A DNA stretch of 64,000 bases. Source: Dictyostelium discoideum. Taxonomy: Eukaryota. The DNA is taken from the NCBI GenBank assembly GCA_000004695.1, contig CM000151.3, positions 832,001-896,000 on the forward strand. The letters run 5' to 3'. The notes below the pieces were generated by a model. That model was not told the DNA's origin and did not search any database. It saw only the letters and a program-made list of their open reading frames with translations. Every line of letters starts with the position of its first letter. Position 1 is the stretch's first letter. Of this stretch, positions 11,067 through 22,081 are shown piece by piece. A program made the translations under genes and the position numbers.

Positions 11067-12242
11067 TTATGCCTCTTTATTTTTTTGAGAATTTGAATTC
11101 ATAGCTGGTGAGGAGGGACAATCCTCTCTTTTTGATTCATTTGTTGAATATTGAGAGTGATGAGAATAATGAGTTACTGGTTTACTATAATCTGGATATT
11201 TCAAAAGAGAATTTGAAATGAAATTAGTGGCATCTCTTAAAGTTGGTGGAATTGTGGCAACGAAATGAGATATACAATAAATTAAAGGTGGGAATGAAAT
11301 TATTGCATCATTTCTACTAATGCCATCGACAATGTATTTTGAAGCTTTGTCAGTTGTTATAGGTAGTAACATAGGTATATCCTTATAATCCAAAGAATCA
11401 ACTAATGGAGTATAAATAAAACCTGGTGTTATTACTGAAACGCCAACGCCTCTTGATGCTAAACCATTTCTAAGTATTAACCCAAATGATTTTATGTAAC
11501 CTTTACTTGATGAATATCCTGCCATTACATAATCAAAATATGGTGTAATACTTGACATCAAAACCAATTGACCAGATCCTCTTGATTCAAAGATTGGTAC
11601 CATTGGTAAAACTGTATTCAATGTTCCAATTACCTATAATAATTTATTAATTAGTTTTAAAAGAATATCGTTACTTTATATTCAAATTATTTAAGATATT
11701 ACATTTGTGTTTGCAACTGTTAATATTCTTTCAGTAAAATCTAATTCTTTTGGTAAAATTGCTATGAAAATTATTTTTTTTAAATAATTAATACAAGTAA
11801 ACCTTTTTTTTTTTTTTAAAAAAAATTATGTATACTGACTTTCAATAGTTCCAGCATTTGCAATTAAAATATCAATTTTATATTTATTGTCAAATTTAAT
11901 TAACCAATCATTTAATTTTTCTTTGTCAGTGACATCGATTGATTCAATTTCTACTTGAACACCAAGACCCAAACATTCTTTTTGAATTTCTTCTAATTTT
12001 TCAATGTTTCTTCCAGTTAAACCTAAAACCAAAGAGTTATTTTTTTTTCTTTTTGCATATTCAAGTGCTATTCCTCTACCAATACCAGATGATGCACCCG
12101 TGATAACTATTGCTTTTGGTGTTGGGAAATTTGTTTTCTTTTTTTTATAATTTAAAAAACCTAATATAGGATAAAATATTAATAGAATTATTGAACCAAT
12201 TATATTGGTCAACAATAATGATATATCAGTTAAGACTCCCAT
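11067..12242 (-). CDS. Short-chain dehydrogenase/reductase, paralogue 2. Exons 11840..12242, 11703..11761 and 11067..11633.
   Basis: Exon-intron structure is identical to paralogue 1 (GTCAGT donor; 59-nt middle exon with TCATAG acceptor encoding ILPKELDFTERILTVANTN; GTAATA donor; TTATAG acceptor). Motifs TGASSGIGRGIALEYAKR, IANAG and YSSSKGYIKSF are present. About 342 aa. Confidence 0.7.
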
Positions 12243-12655
12243 TCTTATTATTTTTTATTTTTTTTGAAATGAAAAAAAAAAAAAATTATTAAATGGCAAA
12301 AACTCAATCAAAAAAAAAAAAAATAAATAAATAAAAAAAATAAAAATAAAATAAAATAAATCTGATTCCAAAGATATTTTTAGATTTTTTTTATTTTTTT
12401 TTTTTTATTTTTCCCAAATAAGAATTTAATTAAATAAAAATTGAATAATTAAATAAACCAAAATTAAAAAATAAAATATAAAAAACAAATTACTTTAATT
12501 AGAAATTAATTTATAAAAAAAAAGAAAAAAGAAAATTGTGAAATAAATTTTTTAAAATTATGGAGCATATAAAAAGAACAAATTTTTTTTTTATTATTTC
12601 CAATATTATTATTTATATTTTAAAAAATAAACAAATAAACAAATAAAAAAAAAAA

Positions 12656-13699
12656 ATGTTTAAACAAATAATTATATTTATAGCTTTAATACTTTTTATT
12701 TTTAATCAATTGGATATAGTATCAAGTTGTAGATGTGATTCAGATTGTGAAGATTGTAACGAATGTACATTAGATACCTGCTCCCGTGGATGTTGTTCAA
12801 ATATTGAAATAGATTGTGCTGATGATAATCCATGTACCAAAGATTCATGTTCCAAAGAGACTGGTTGTATTCATGAAGATATTAATTGTGATGATGGTGA
12901 TGCTTGTACAACTGATTCATGTTCTCAATTATCTGGTTGTTGTAATTTACCAATCTCTTGTGATGCTTGTACAACCGATTCTTGTTTAAATTCCACTGGT
13001 TGTTGTAGTTTACCAATCTCTTGTGATGATGGTGATGCTTGTACAACTGATTCATGTTCAAAGAAAACTGGTTGCAGTAATGTTCCAATTGCATGTGATG
13101 ATGGCAATGCTTGTACCAATGATGGTTGTTCAAAGGAAACTGGTTGCACTCATTCTAATATCGATTGTGATGATGGTGATGCTTGTACAACTGATTCATG
13201 TTCAAAGAAAACTGGTTGCTGTAATGTTCCAATTGCTTGTGACGATGGTAATGCTTGTACCACTGATGGCTGTTCCAAGGAAACTGGTTGCACACATTCT
13301 AATATCGACTGTGATGATGGTGATGCTTGCACTACTGATTCATGTTCTAAAAAGACTGGTTGCAGTAATATACCAATGTCTTGTAATGATAATGATGCTT
13401 GCACAACCGATTCATGTTCAAACTCTACTGGTTGTTGTAATTCCCCGATTTCATGCGATGATGATCATGCTTGTACCACCGATAGTTGTTCTAAAGAAAC
13501 TGGTTGTTGCAATTCCCCAATCTCTTGTGATGATGGTGATTTGTGTACCACCGACAGTTGTTCTAAAGAAACTGGTTGTTGCCATACTCCAGTTTCATGC
13601 GATGATGGAGAAGATTGTACAACTGACACTTGTTCATCAAAATTAGGATGTGTTCATACCTATATCACTATTTCTCAACCAAAACCTGTTGATTGTTGA
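12656..13699 (+). CDS. Secreted cysteine-rich protein built from about 13 tandem ~24-aa Dictyostelium CTDC-type repeats (CDDGDACTTDSCSKETGC...).
   Basis: Single 347-aa ORF with an N-terminal signal peptide (MFKQIIIFIALILFIFNQLDIVSS). The repeats fit the Dicty_CTDC (slime-mold repeat) pattern D.CT.D.C....GC. Overlapping ORFs in other frames are artefacts of the nucleotide repeat. Confidence 0.75.
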   Translation: MFKQIIIFIALILFIFNQLDIVSSCRCDSDCEDCNECTLDTCSRGCCSNIEIDCADDNPCTKDSCSKETGCIHEDINCDDGDACTTDSCSQLSGCCNLPISCDACTTDSCLNSTGCCSLPISCDDGDACTTDSCSKKTGCSNVPIACDDGNACTNDGCSKETGCTHSNIDCDDGDACTTDSCSKKTGCCNVPIACDDGNACTTDGCSKETGCTHSNIDCDDGDACTTDSCSKKTGCSNIPMSCNDNDACTTDSCSNSTGCCNSPISCDDDHACTTDSCSKETGCCNSPISCDDGDLCTTDSCSKETGCCHTPVSCDDGEDCTTDTCSSKLGCVHTYITISQPKPVDC

Positions 13700-13884
13700 C
13701 ACTAACTTTAAAAAATAAAAATATTCAGAAAAAAAAAAAAAAATAAAAAAAAAAATAAAAAAAGCTAAAAATAAAAAAATCTCGAAAAATTAGGTTTTAA
13801 AAAATGAAAAGTTTTTTTTTAAATATTTATTTTTTTTTTTTCCACAATTACCACCATTCTATAGATAAAATTAATAATTTATAA

Positions 13885-16800
13885 ATGATTTTTAAATTAT
13901 TAATTTTATTAATTTTTATAAAAATTACCTTTATAAATACATTAATAACAAAAAGTTATTACGTTAATAAATCAGGTAGTGATTTCAGTGGTAATGGTAC
14001 AATTGATAATCCATTCAAAAGTTTATGCAACCCTTTATTATCAATAATAAATGAAATTAAAGATCCTTATACAAATGTTAACGTTTTTATTGGGAATGGA
14101 TATTATTACAACTTAAATTGTACTAAGAAATTTAATAATAATAATATAAATATAATATCATTTTCACCTTATAAAGAGAACTATAATCAAAGTGATATAA
14201 CTATATCAAATTTTAATTTTCAAGTGATAAATAGTATTGTTCAATTTATCAGATTGAAATTAATATATGATATAGAAAACAATGGTTTAGAAAAGATAAA
14301 GATAAATGATAATGCACAATTGATAATATCAGGTTGTGAAGTCACACTGGAAAATCAATTAAAAAGCTCCTATTTCATTCATTCTAATAGATCTCACATT
14401 GGCATAATAAATTCAAATATAAAATCCTCTTCAAAGATTATGTACATTGAGGAAGATAGTAGTGGACAAATTAGGAATTGTATATTCAAAGATATAATAT
14501 CAAATCAACAATCAATTGTAGTAATAGATAGTTACTTAAATACAGAAGATGTAATTTTTGAAAACATTTACTCGATTGGAACTAGTTTTTTAACTTCAAA
14601 TTCTAGCACCGTAACATTTAATAATTGTAGTTTTTCAAATTTAATTATCGATGGTTTTCACCCATTTTCAACAACTTCAGATTCATTAATTAATTTTAGT
14701 GGATTTACAATCAAAAATTCATTTTTTCAAAGAGGATTTCTAAGAATTAAAAATTCAAATACATCAATTGAGAATGGAGTTTTTTTAAATAATAAAGCGT
14801 ATGGGTTTAATTTAGAAACAGATTCTTTGATTATTATAGAGGATAGTGATGTCGTTGATATATTTGATTGTAGTTTTAAAGGTAATTCAATTTCTTCTTT
14901 TTTCTTTTTTAATAATTCAAAAGTAATGATTCAATCATCAACATTTATAGATAATATTAGTACTTTTTTAGTTTCAAATAATAGTTTTGTCTTTGTTGTT
15001 GATGTTGAATTTTCAAATTGTAAATCTTCACTTTCAAAGTTTTTATTCTCCTTATATCAATCAAACTCACTTTTAGATAGAATTTCAATATTTTCAAATT
15101 CATTTATGGGTTCAGTTGTTCAGTGTATTGAATGTTCTCTAACTTTTGAAAAATTAAAATTTCAAGATAATGAATTTTTTAAAAATCCATTATATTTTAA
15201 TGATGATGATGATGATATTAGTGATTATAATGATAATGATTTTCCAAGTGCTGCAATCAATATTAAAGATGGTCATTTAAATATAGTAAATTCAACTTTT
15301 CAATCAAATATTCATTGGTCAAATAATTTAATTAGAATAAAAGAAAAAAGTGATATTAATTTTACAAATACATTATTTATTAATAATGAAATAAAAAAAG
15401 AAAATTTTAATTTAATTTCAATTGATTACTCAATATTAAGATTTAAATCTATAAATTTTAAAAACACAAAAACGATTAGTGGTGCAATTGGTATTTTTAA
15501 TAATTCTTTATTTGGTTCAACTAATTCAAATTATTCTAATAATTATTGCTCACAGAGTGGCTCTATTTTTTATTTTAATAATAATTCAAATTTTATCAAC
15601 TCTACTACAAATGCAAATGATGATGATGATGATGAATTAACAAATAATACATTCACTAATAATCATGCTATAATATCTGGTGGTGTATTATTCTCAATGG
15701 ATTCAATAGTTTTAGATATTCAAGATGATAAATTCAATAACACATTTTCAAACAATAGTGCGTTTTTTGGAAATATATATGCATCAAATCCAACATCAAT
15801 TAGAGTAGAATTACCATCAACCACTAATTTAAGATTAGAATCAACTATTAAATTATATGACCAATATGAAAATTTAATTATACGAAATGTTTATGATATT
15901 CAAGTTATAGTTACTATGATTAATAATAATAATGGTTCATCAACATCTATTATTAAAACATTTAATACAGCAATTAAAAATGGTTTTGGTTTATTTGATT
16001 TTTCATTTAAAACAATTGATAAAAATGGTGAATCAATTTATATCTATAGTAACTATTATAATTTTACAATTTATACCAATATATCATTACCAAATATTCC
16101 AAATTATAATGGCACTTTTATATTAGATTCTTCAAACCTCTGCCCTCTTCAATATCAATATTACGATAATGGTGAATGTAAATTTTGTCCAGTAGGTACT
16201 ACCCTCTCAAGTTTATTATATGCAAGTGGTAAAGCATCATGTGTAAATTGTTTTTCAAATACTGTTTGTTTAGGATCAATGGTTTATACTTTTGATAATT
16301 ATTACTTATTAATTGATAATAAAACAGCGATTGGTACATATCAATGTCCGGTGGGAATGTGTGGAAATTATGGTTCATGCATTGCTACTCAAAATACAGG
16401 TTTATTATGTTTAGAATGTGTTGATGGAAACAGTAAAAATGGATTCTATTGTTGTTCTTCAAGTTCTCCATGGTTAATTATAGTTTACATTATTTTTATT
16501 ATTTTATTTGGTTTATCATTTTCGTTAATTAAATATTGTGATAGATTATCAATTTCAATTTTTAAATCAACAATTGTATTCTTTCAAATTAATTCAATGA
16601 TTTTCTATGCATATCCAGGTTTATACTTTATTCAATTGTTTAGATTCTCAATTGATTTCATTTCGAACATTTGTATTTTCAATAAATTTAATTACATTTA
16701 TAAATCAATGCTTACATTAATATCAATTATAATTGTTATTGGATTATCACAAACTCATATTTCATTAACAATTTTAATTAAATTAAATTTATTCCCTAAA

Positions 16801-17460
16801 TGGACTAAAAAATTATTATTAAAATCCAAAAAATTAACAAATAATTATAATAATAATAATAATTTTAATTCAATATATAATTTATATTTAATTTTATTTC
16901 AACCAATTATTTATAATTTAATATCAATATTATCAGTGAAAAATATAAATGGTAAAAAGTTTTTATCAATTGATCCATCAACATCATTTTTAGAAAATAG
17001 TCATTTTAAAGTAGTAATTTCATTTATTATTATAATTTCAATTTTATTATTATTATCAATACCAGTTATTTTAATAATTTCAAATTTTAAAAAAATTAAT
17101 TTTTTAATTATTAAAAATTATTATTATAAAAAATCTTTTAAATATTGGGATTTACTTTGGTTATTAATTAATACTTTAATTTGTATTTTCAGTATTACTC
17201 TATTATATTCACCAAATCACCAAATTATAGTAATTTTTACAATAGTTTCAATTTTTTCTTTTTTAAATTATTATTTTGAACCTCAAAGAAATCCAAAAAT
17301 TTATCAATTTGAAAATTTTATCAATTTATTACGAATCATTATTATATCTATTGTTGGATCTTTTGTTTTTCAATCAATTCCTTTAAAATTTAATGGTTTA
17401 TTAATAACAATTTTATCATTTTCTATAATATTTTATATAATAAAAATAAAAATAATTTAA
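13885..17460 (+). CDS. Large type-I/multi-pass membrane protein (1191 aa). Domains in order: signal peptide, ~750-aa N-glycosylation-rich extracellular region with beta-helix-like NxS/T repeats, a Cys-rich EGF/GCC2-GCC3-like module, then 8-9 transmembrane helices. Receptor-like.
   Basis: Continuous ORF starting MIFKLLILLIFIKITFINTLITK. Cys cluster CPLQYQYYDNGECKFCPVGTT...CVNCFSNTVC...CPVGMCGNYGSC...CLECVDG. C-terminal 400 aa form successive hydrophobic 20-25-aa segments separated by short loops. Confidence 0.65.
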   Translation: MIFKLLILLIFIKITFINTLITKSYYVNKSGSDFSGNGTIDNPFKSLCNPLLSIINEIKDPYTNVNVFIGNGYYYNLNCTKKFNNNNINIISFSPYKENYNQSDITISNFNFQVINSIVQFIRLKLIYDIENNGLEKIKINDNAQLIISGCEVTLENQLKSSYFIHSNRSHIGIINSNIKSSSKIMYIEEDSSGQIRNCIFKDIISNQQSIVVIDSYLNTEDVIFENIYSIGTSFLTSNSSTVTFNNCSFSNLIIDGFHPFSTTSDSLINFSGFTIKNSFFQRGFLRIKNSNTSIENGVFLNNKAYGFNLETDSLIIIEDSDVVDIFDCSFKGNSISSFFFFNNSKVMIQSSTFIDNISTFLVSNNSFVFVVDVEFSNCKSSLSKFLFSLYQSNSLLDRISIFSNSFMGSVVQCIECSLTFEKLKFQDNEFFKNPLYFNDDDDDISDYNDNDFPSAAINIKDGHLNIVNSTFQSNIHWSNNLIRIKEKSDINFTNTLFINNEIKKENFNLISIDYSILRFKSINFKNTKTISGAIGIFNNSLFGSTNSNYSNNYCSQSGSIFYFNNNSNFINSTTNANDDDDDELTNNTFTNNHAIISGGVLFSMDSIVLDIQDDKFNNTFSNNSAFFGNIYASNPTSIRVELPSTTNLRLESTIKLYDQYENLIIRNVYDIQVIVTMINNNNGSSTSIIKTFNTAIKNGFGLFDFSFKTIDKNGESIYIYSNYYNFTIYTNISLPNIPNYNGTFILDSSNLCPLQYQYYDNGECKFCPVGTTLSSLLYASGKASCVNCFSNTVCLGSMVYTFDNYYLLIDNKTAIGTYQCPVGMCGNYGSCIATQNTGLLCLECVDGNSKNGFYCCSSSSPWLIIVYIIFIILFGLSFSLIKYCDRLSISIFKSTIVFFQINSMIFYAYPGLYFIQLFRFSIDFISNICIFNKFNYIYKSMLTLISIIIVIGLSQTHISLTILIKLNLFPKWTKKLLLKSKKLTNNYNNNNNFNSIYNLYLILFQPIIYNLISILSVKNINGKKFLSIDPSTSFLENSHFKVVISFIIIISILLLLSIPVILIISNFKKINFLIIKNYYYKKSFKYWDLLWLLINTLICIFSITLLYSPNHQIIVIFTIVSIFSFLNYYFEPQRNPKIYQFENFINLLRIIIISIVGSFVFQSIPLKFNGLLITILSFSIIFYIIKIKII

Positions 17461-17530
17461 TTAAAATCAATTTAATTAAAATTAATTTAATTATACATAT
17501 AATAAAATTTAATTTTTTTTTTTTTTTTTA

Positions 17531-18921
17531 AACAAAGATTTAATTGTCAAGAAATATAATGAGTGCGAGGTAGGCTGGATTATAAAAAACCGTCACTTTC
17601 ATCTTTTATTGTATATACTTAAAAAAGATATTGAAAAAAGGGACCAATTCACAGAAAAATTATTTTATAAATTTTTAGAAGGTAATAGTGAATTAGATTT
17701 ACTTAAAGAAATGTTTTAACTATTCCCACAGTTTTTACCATCAACTCCAATGGCCGAAAATATTGTTCAAGTTTAAAACCAACTAAAAACCCATCATTCT
17801 TCTTTATTATCTTCAGAATTTTCTTCTTCTTTATTATCTTCTTCATCCGATACTTCATCTGATACTTCTTTTTCTTCACTCGATTCTTTTTCAAATGAAG
17901 AATTTACTGAAAAATCTTATGATTTTGCTTTTTAATCTCCATATGATTCATTTGTTAAATATTTTATAATATCTAAACTAGAATATAAAAGTAACAAATA
18001 GAGAATGCATGTTATGCTAATAATTGTAAAATTGTGGGATATTATCTTGGTTTAAATCAACTCGATAGATACTAAGGGAGTGAAATTAATATTTATAAAC
18101 ATTGTGATTTTATTGCTCATTGAGGGGTAAAGATTTTCAACTATTCAAATTTATTTTTGATAAAAATCCAAGACTAATTCGTGAATGTGTATCCTCTGAA
18201 CAATTTATAAAATTATTGGTAAGAACCGGTGATGTCCAATTCGTTATTTACTTTTGTAAAATTCAAGGACCTTCTTTTAAACCTCCACTATTACAACCAC
18301 ATATGATCGCAAAATCATCATTAAGCATAGTTATATTCCTATGCTCACTTTTAAGAGTAAAGGGCTCTGCCTATTATAAATCATTATTATATGCTATTGA
18401 TAAAAGGAAGAATAAAAGCGAGAGATTGCTACTTTTAAGAGTCCTTATTGAAGAATCTATGAAAAGGTTGATGATGGTTTAGTAGTGCAAGATGTAGTTT
18501 ACTCATTCTGCAGAATTGGTGATTTAGATTGCATAATATACCTCCGTGATATTTTCTCAACTACCACGAAAACATAGTTATAAGTTTATGGTTTCATGTT
18601 TCGCCTTGGATGTACCAATATCTTCAAAAAAAATTTCATGTAACTGATTGGATTTTAGAAAATACAAATGTATGTTGTTCAAATCTTGGTTTACAGTACC
18701 TTTGCATAAATATCACCAATCTTAAGCATATACTCGATAGAATATTAATAAAATTTGTACCCAAAGGTGTAATCTCAAGTAATATGCTTTTGAATGCAAT
18801 GCATTCAACAAATAAAATTGCTCATGATAAAGAAAACTTAGATTATCTAGCTTCTTTTTTACCAAATCATTTAATCCCTACTTTTCCAATTGAAACCTCA
18901 ATAGAGGATTTTGACAATTAA
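17531..18921 (+). pseudogene. 5'-truncated, frame-shifted tandem duplicate of the gene at 19193..20713.
   Basis: Collinear similarity from NKDLIVKKYNECEVGWIIKNRHFHLLLY through ...HLIPTFPIETSIEDFDN*. It has multiple internal stops and frameshifts. It starts immediately after the stop of the upstream gene, and the 3' flank is also duplicated. Confidence 0.65.
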
Positions 18922-19073
18922 TAGATTTTGACTATTAGTAATAATAAAAATAATAATAAAAATTAAAAACTAATAAAAAAATAATAAATTTAATTACTTT
19001 AAACGAAATAAAAAAGTTATTTATATATTTCCTATATGAAATGATACTAATAATATATTTGTTGTTTTTTTCT

Positions 19074-19108
<35 letters not shown>

Positions 19109-19192
19109 TCTTGCAACAATTTGTTTTTTTTTTTTTTCAAATTTATTTTTTATTTTTTTTTTTTCCTCAATCTTAAAAAAACAATCATCAAA

Positions 19193-20713
19193 ATGGATAA
19201 TTTATTTAGATTAGTATTTAAAAATGTAATTATTAGAAATCAAATATTTAGGTTTGTTAGAATTTTAAACAAAGATTTAATTGTGAAGAAATATAATCAG
19301 TGTAATATGGGCTGGATTATAAAAAATGGTCACTTTCATCTTTTATTGTATAAACTTAAAAAACATATTAAAAGGGACCAATTCTCAGAAGAATTATTTT
19401 ATAGATTTTTACAAGGTAATAGTGAATTACATTTACTTAAAGATATGTTTAAAATATTCCCACAGTTTTTACCGTCAACTCCAATTGCTGAAAATATATT
19501 AATTGAACATTGTTCAAGTTTAAAACCAACTAAAAACCTATCACCCTCTTCTTCTTCATATTCTCCAAACTTTTCTTCTACTTCAGTATCTTCTTCTTCA
19601 TCTGATTCTTCTTTTTCTTCAATTGATTCTTCTTCTTCTTCTTCTTCTTCTTCCAATCAAGAATTTTGTGAACAATCATATGATTATGATTCCTCTTCTC
19701 CATATGATTCTAGTTTAGATATTATAAAATATTTAACAAATGAATTAAATATAAAAGTAACAAATAAAGCAATAAATAATGCATGTGCAGCTAATAATTG
19801 TAAAATTGTGGGATATTATCTTGGTTTAAATCAACTCGATAGATACAAAGGGAATGAAATTGATATTTATGATAATTGTAATATTGGTACTTTATTTTGC
19901 TCATTGAGGGGTAAAGATTTTCAATTATTTAAATTTATTTTTGAAAATAATCCAAATTTAACTTCTCAATGTATAAGCTATGACAAATTTATAAAATTAA
20001 TGGTAGCAACAGGTGATATCCAATTCATTATTCACTTTGGTAGAGTTCAAGGACCTTCTTATAAACCTCCACAATTACAACCATATATGATCGCAAAATC
20101 ATCATTAAGTATAATTAAATACCTATGCTCATTTTTAAAAATAAATGACCCTATGTATTATAAATCATTATTATATGCTATTGAAAAAAGGAAAAATCAA
20201 AGCGAGAGATTCCTACTTTTAAAATTCCTTATTGAAGAGTTTAGAATCTATGAAAAGGTTGAAGGTAGTACAGTGGTGCAAGAAGTAGTTTACTCATTCT
20301 GCGGTATCGGTGATTTAGATTGCATAATATACCTCCGTGATTTTTACTTAACTCTACCACAAAATCATAGTTTTAAGTTTTTAATTCCACGTTCCGCCTT
20401 GGATGTATCAATATCTTCAAAAAATTTTCATGTAACTAATTGGATTTTAGAAAATACAAATGTATGTTGTTCAATTAATGGTTTAAGGTACCTTTGCAAA
20501 AATATGGCCAATCTTAAGCATATACTTGATAGAATATTAATAAAATTTGTGCCCATTCGTGCAATCTCAAGTAAAATGCTTTTGGATGCAATGCATTCAA
20601 CAAATAGAATTGCTCATGATAAAGAAAATTTTGATTATCTAGCTTCTTTTTTACCAAATCATTTAATCCCTACTTTTCCAATTGAAACCTCAATAGAGGA
20701 TTATGACTATTAA
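19193..20713 (+). CDS. Hypothetical protein (506 aa) with a central poly-Ser tract. No recognised domain.
   Basis: ORF in the same frame as track ORF 19106..20713. The first credible ATG (AAAATGG context) is at 19193, since the upstream part is a translated poly-T tract. It is the intact paralogue of pseudogene 17531..18921. Confidence 0.6.
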   Translation: MDNLFRLVFKNVIIRNQIFRFVRILNKDLIVKKYNQCNMGWIIKNGHFHLLLYKLKKHIKRDQFSEELFYRFLQGNSELHLLKDMFKIFPQFLPSTPIAENILIEHCSSLKPTKNLSPSSSSYSPNFSSTSVSSSSSDSSFSSIDSSSSSSSSSNQEFCEQSYDYDSSSPYDSSLDIIKYLTNELNIKVTNKAINNACAANNCKIVGYYLGLNQLDRYKGNEIDIYDNCNIGTLFCSLRGKDFQLFKFIFENNPNLTSQCISYDKFIKLMVATGDIQFIIHFGRVQGPSYKPPQLQPYMIAKSSLSIIKYLCSFLKINDPMYYKSLLYAIEKRKNQSERFLLLKFLIEEFRIYEKVEGSTVVQEVVYSFCGIGDLDCIIYLRDFYLTLPQNHSFKFLIPRSALDVSISSKNFHVTNWILENTNVCCSINGLRYLCKNMANLKHILDRILIKFVPIRAISSKMLLDAMHSTNRIAHDKENFDYLASFLPNHLIPTFPIETSIEDYDY

Positions 20714-20960
20714 TAATAATAAAAATAATATTAATAAATAATAATAATGCATCTATCCAAAAAACATAAAATTTACCCCCACTAACACATTATTTCCTAT
20801 TGATATTTTTTGTAATAAAAATTAAAATAATAAATTTAATTACTTTAAATGAAATAAAAAATTTATTTATATTTAGTTCCTATATGAAATGATACTAATA
20901 GATTTGTTGTTTTTTTTTCTTTTTAAATTTAATATTTTATAAACTTTTTTTTTTTTTTTT

Positions 20961-20961
20961 T

Positions 20962-21048
<87 letters not shown>

Positions 21049-21050
21049 TT
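20961..21050. repeat. (TTTA)n microsatellite, about 22 units, in the 3' flank of the minus-strand gene that ends at 21054.
   Basis: Direct reading. Confidence 0.9.
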
Positions 21051-21053
21051 TCA

Positions 21054-22011
21054 TTAATGATTTGAAGAGCAACAAGAAAGTAAAGTTTTTAATTGAGTTT
21101 GAATGACTTCATTAGTTTGTTGTAAAAGTGAATTTCTATTTGCTAATAATTCCTTACTATTTTTTAATCTTGATGTATCCTCCATTAGTTGAGATAAAGA
21201 GGTAGTTGCTTTTGCACCAAGATTTTCCAACTCTTGGAGTTCTTTTCTCAATTTTTTGTTTTCATTAAATAATACCTCTCTTTCTCTTTCCATTCTTTCA
21301 AGTTTTGTAACTAAAGAACGCAAACTAAATGATAATGATACAAGTGATGAATTTGTAGTTGATCCATTTGAATAGTCATCATAATTATTTCCGGAATCAA
21401 ATGAATTTGAATTTCTTTTTCTTTTTCCATTTTCATTTTGTTCGTTATAATCTTGTTGATTATTATAAAATTGTTGTGTTTGTTGATGATGTTGTTGTTG
21501 TTGTTGTTGCTGTTGTTGTTGCTGTTGTGGTGGTGGTTGATGTTGTTGTTGCTGTTGTTGTTGCTGTTGTTGTTGTTGTTGTTGAGTGTGTTGGTATTGA
21601 TGATGTTGTTGGTATTGTTGTTGTTGTTGTTGTTGTTGCTGTTGCTGTTGTTGGTGTTGTTGTTGTTGAGGTCCATTTAAATGAGAGGGGAAAATTGAAT
21701 GTTGTTGAGATGATGTTGGTGACTGTTGCTGTTGTTGATGATGTTGTTGTTGCTGCTGTTGTCCACCATTTATCATGCTATTATACTGTAAGAATATTTT
21801 ATCATTTCCTTTATTATACAAATGTTGTTGAGTTTGAATTTGTGTTGGTTGATTTGATTTTTGTTTATCCTCCATTGTCTGAGTTCTTTTTCTACCTCTG
21901 TTAGCAGCTGTTGTCGTTGTAGTGGTTGTTGTTGTCGTTTGCTGTTGATTTGAATTTGATGGTGAATAGGAATTATTATTATTACCATTACTATTATTAT
22001 TATTATTACTA

Positions 22012-22081
<70 letters not shown>

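Noticed and set aside
12882-13646. Overlapping ORFs 12882..13133(-), 12925..13149(-), 13150..13404(-) and 13023..13646(+) inside the CTDC-repeat gene
   Set aside because: They are alternative-frame artefacts of the 72-nt tandem repeat. Only the signal-peptide frame gives the Cys-repeat protein.
19106-19192. 5' extension MSCNNLFFFFFKFIFYFFFFLNLKKTIIK of ORF 19106..20713
   Set aside because: It is a translation of a poly-T promoter tract. The first ATG in a good context with non-low-complexity sequence is 19193.
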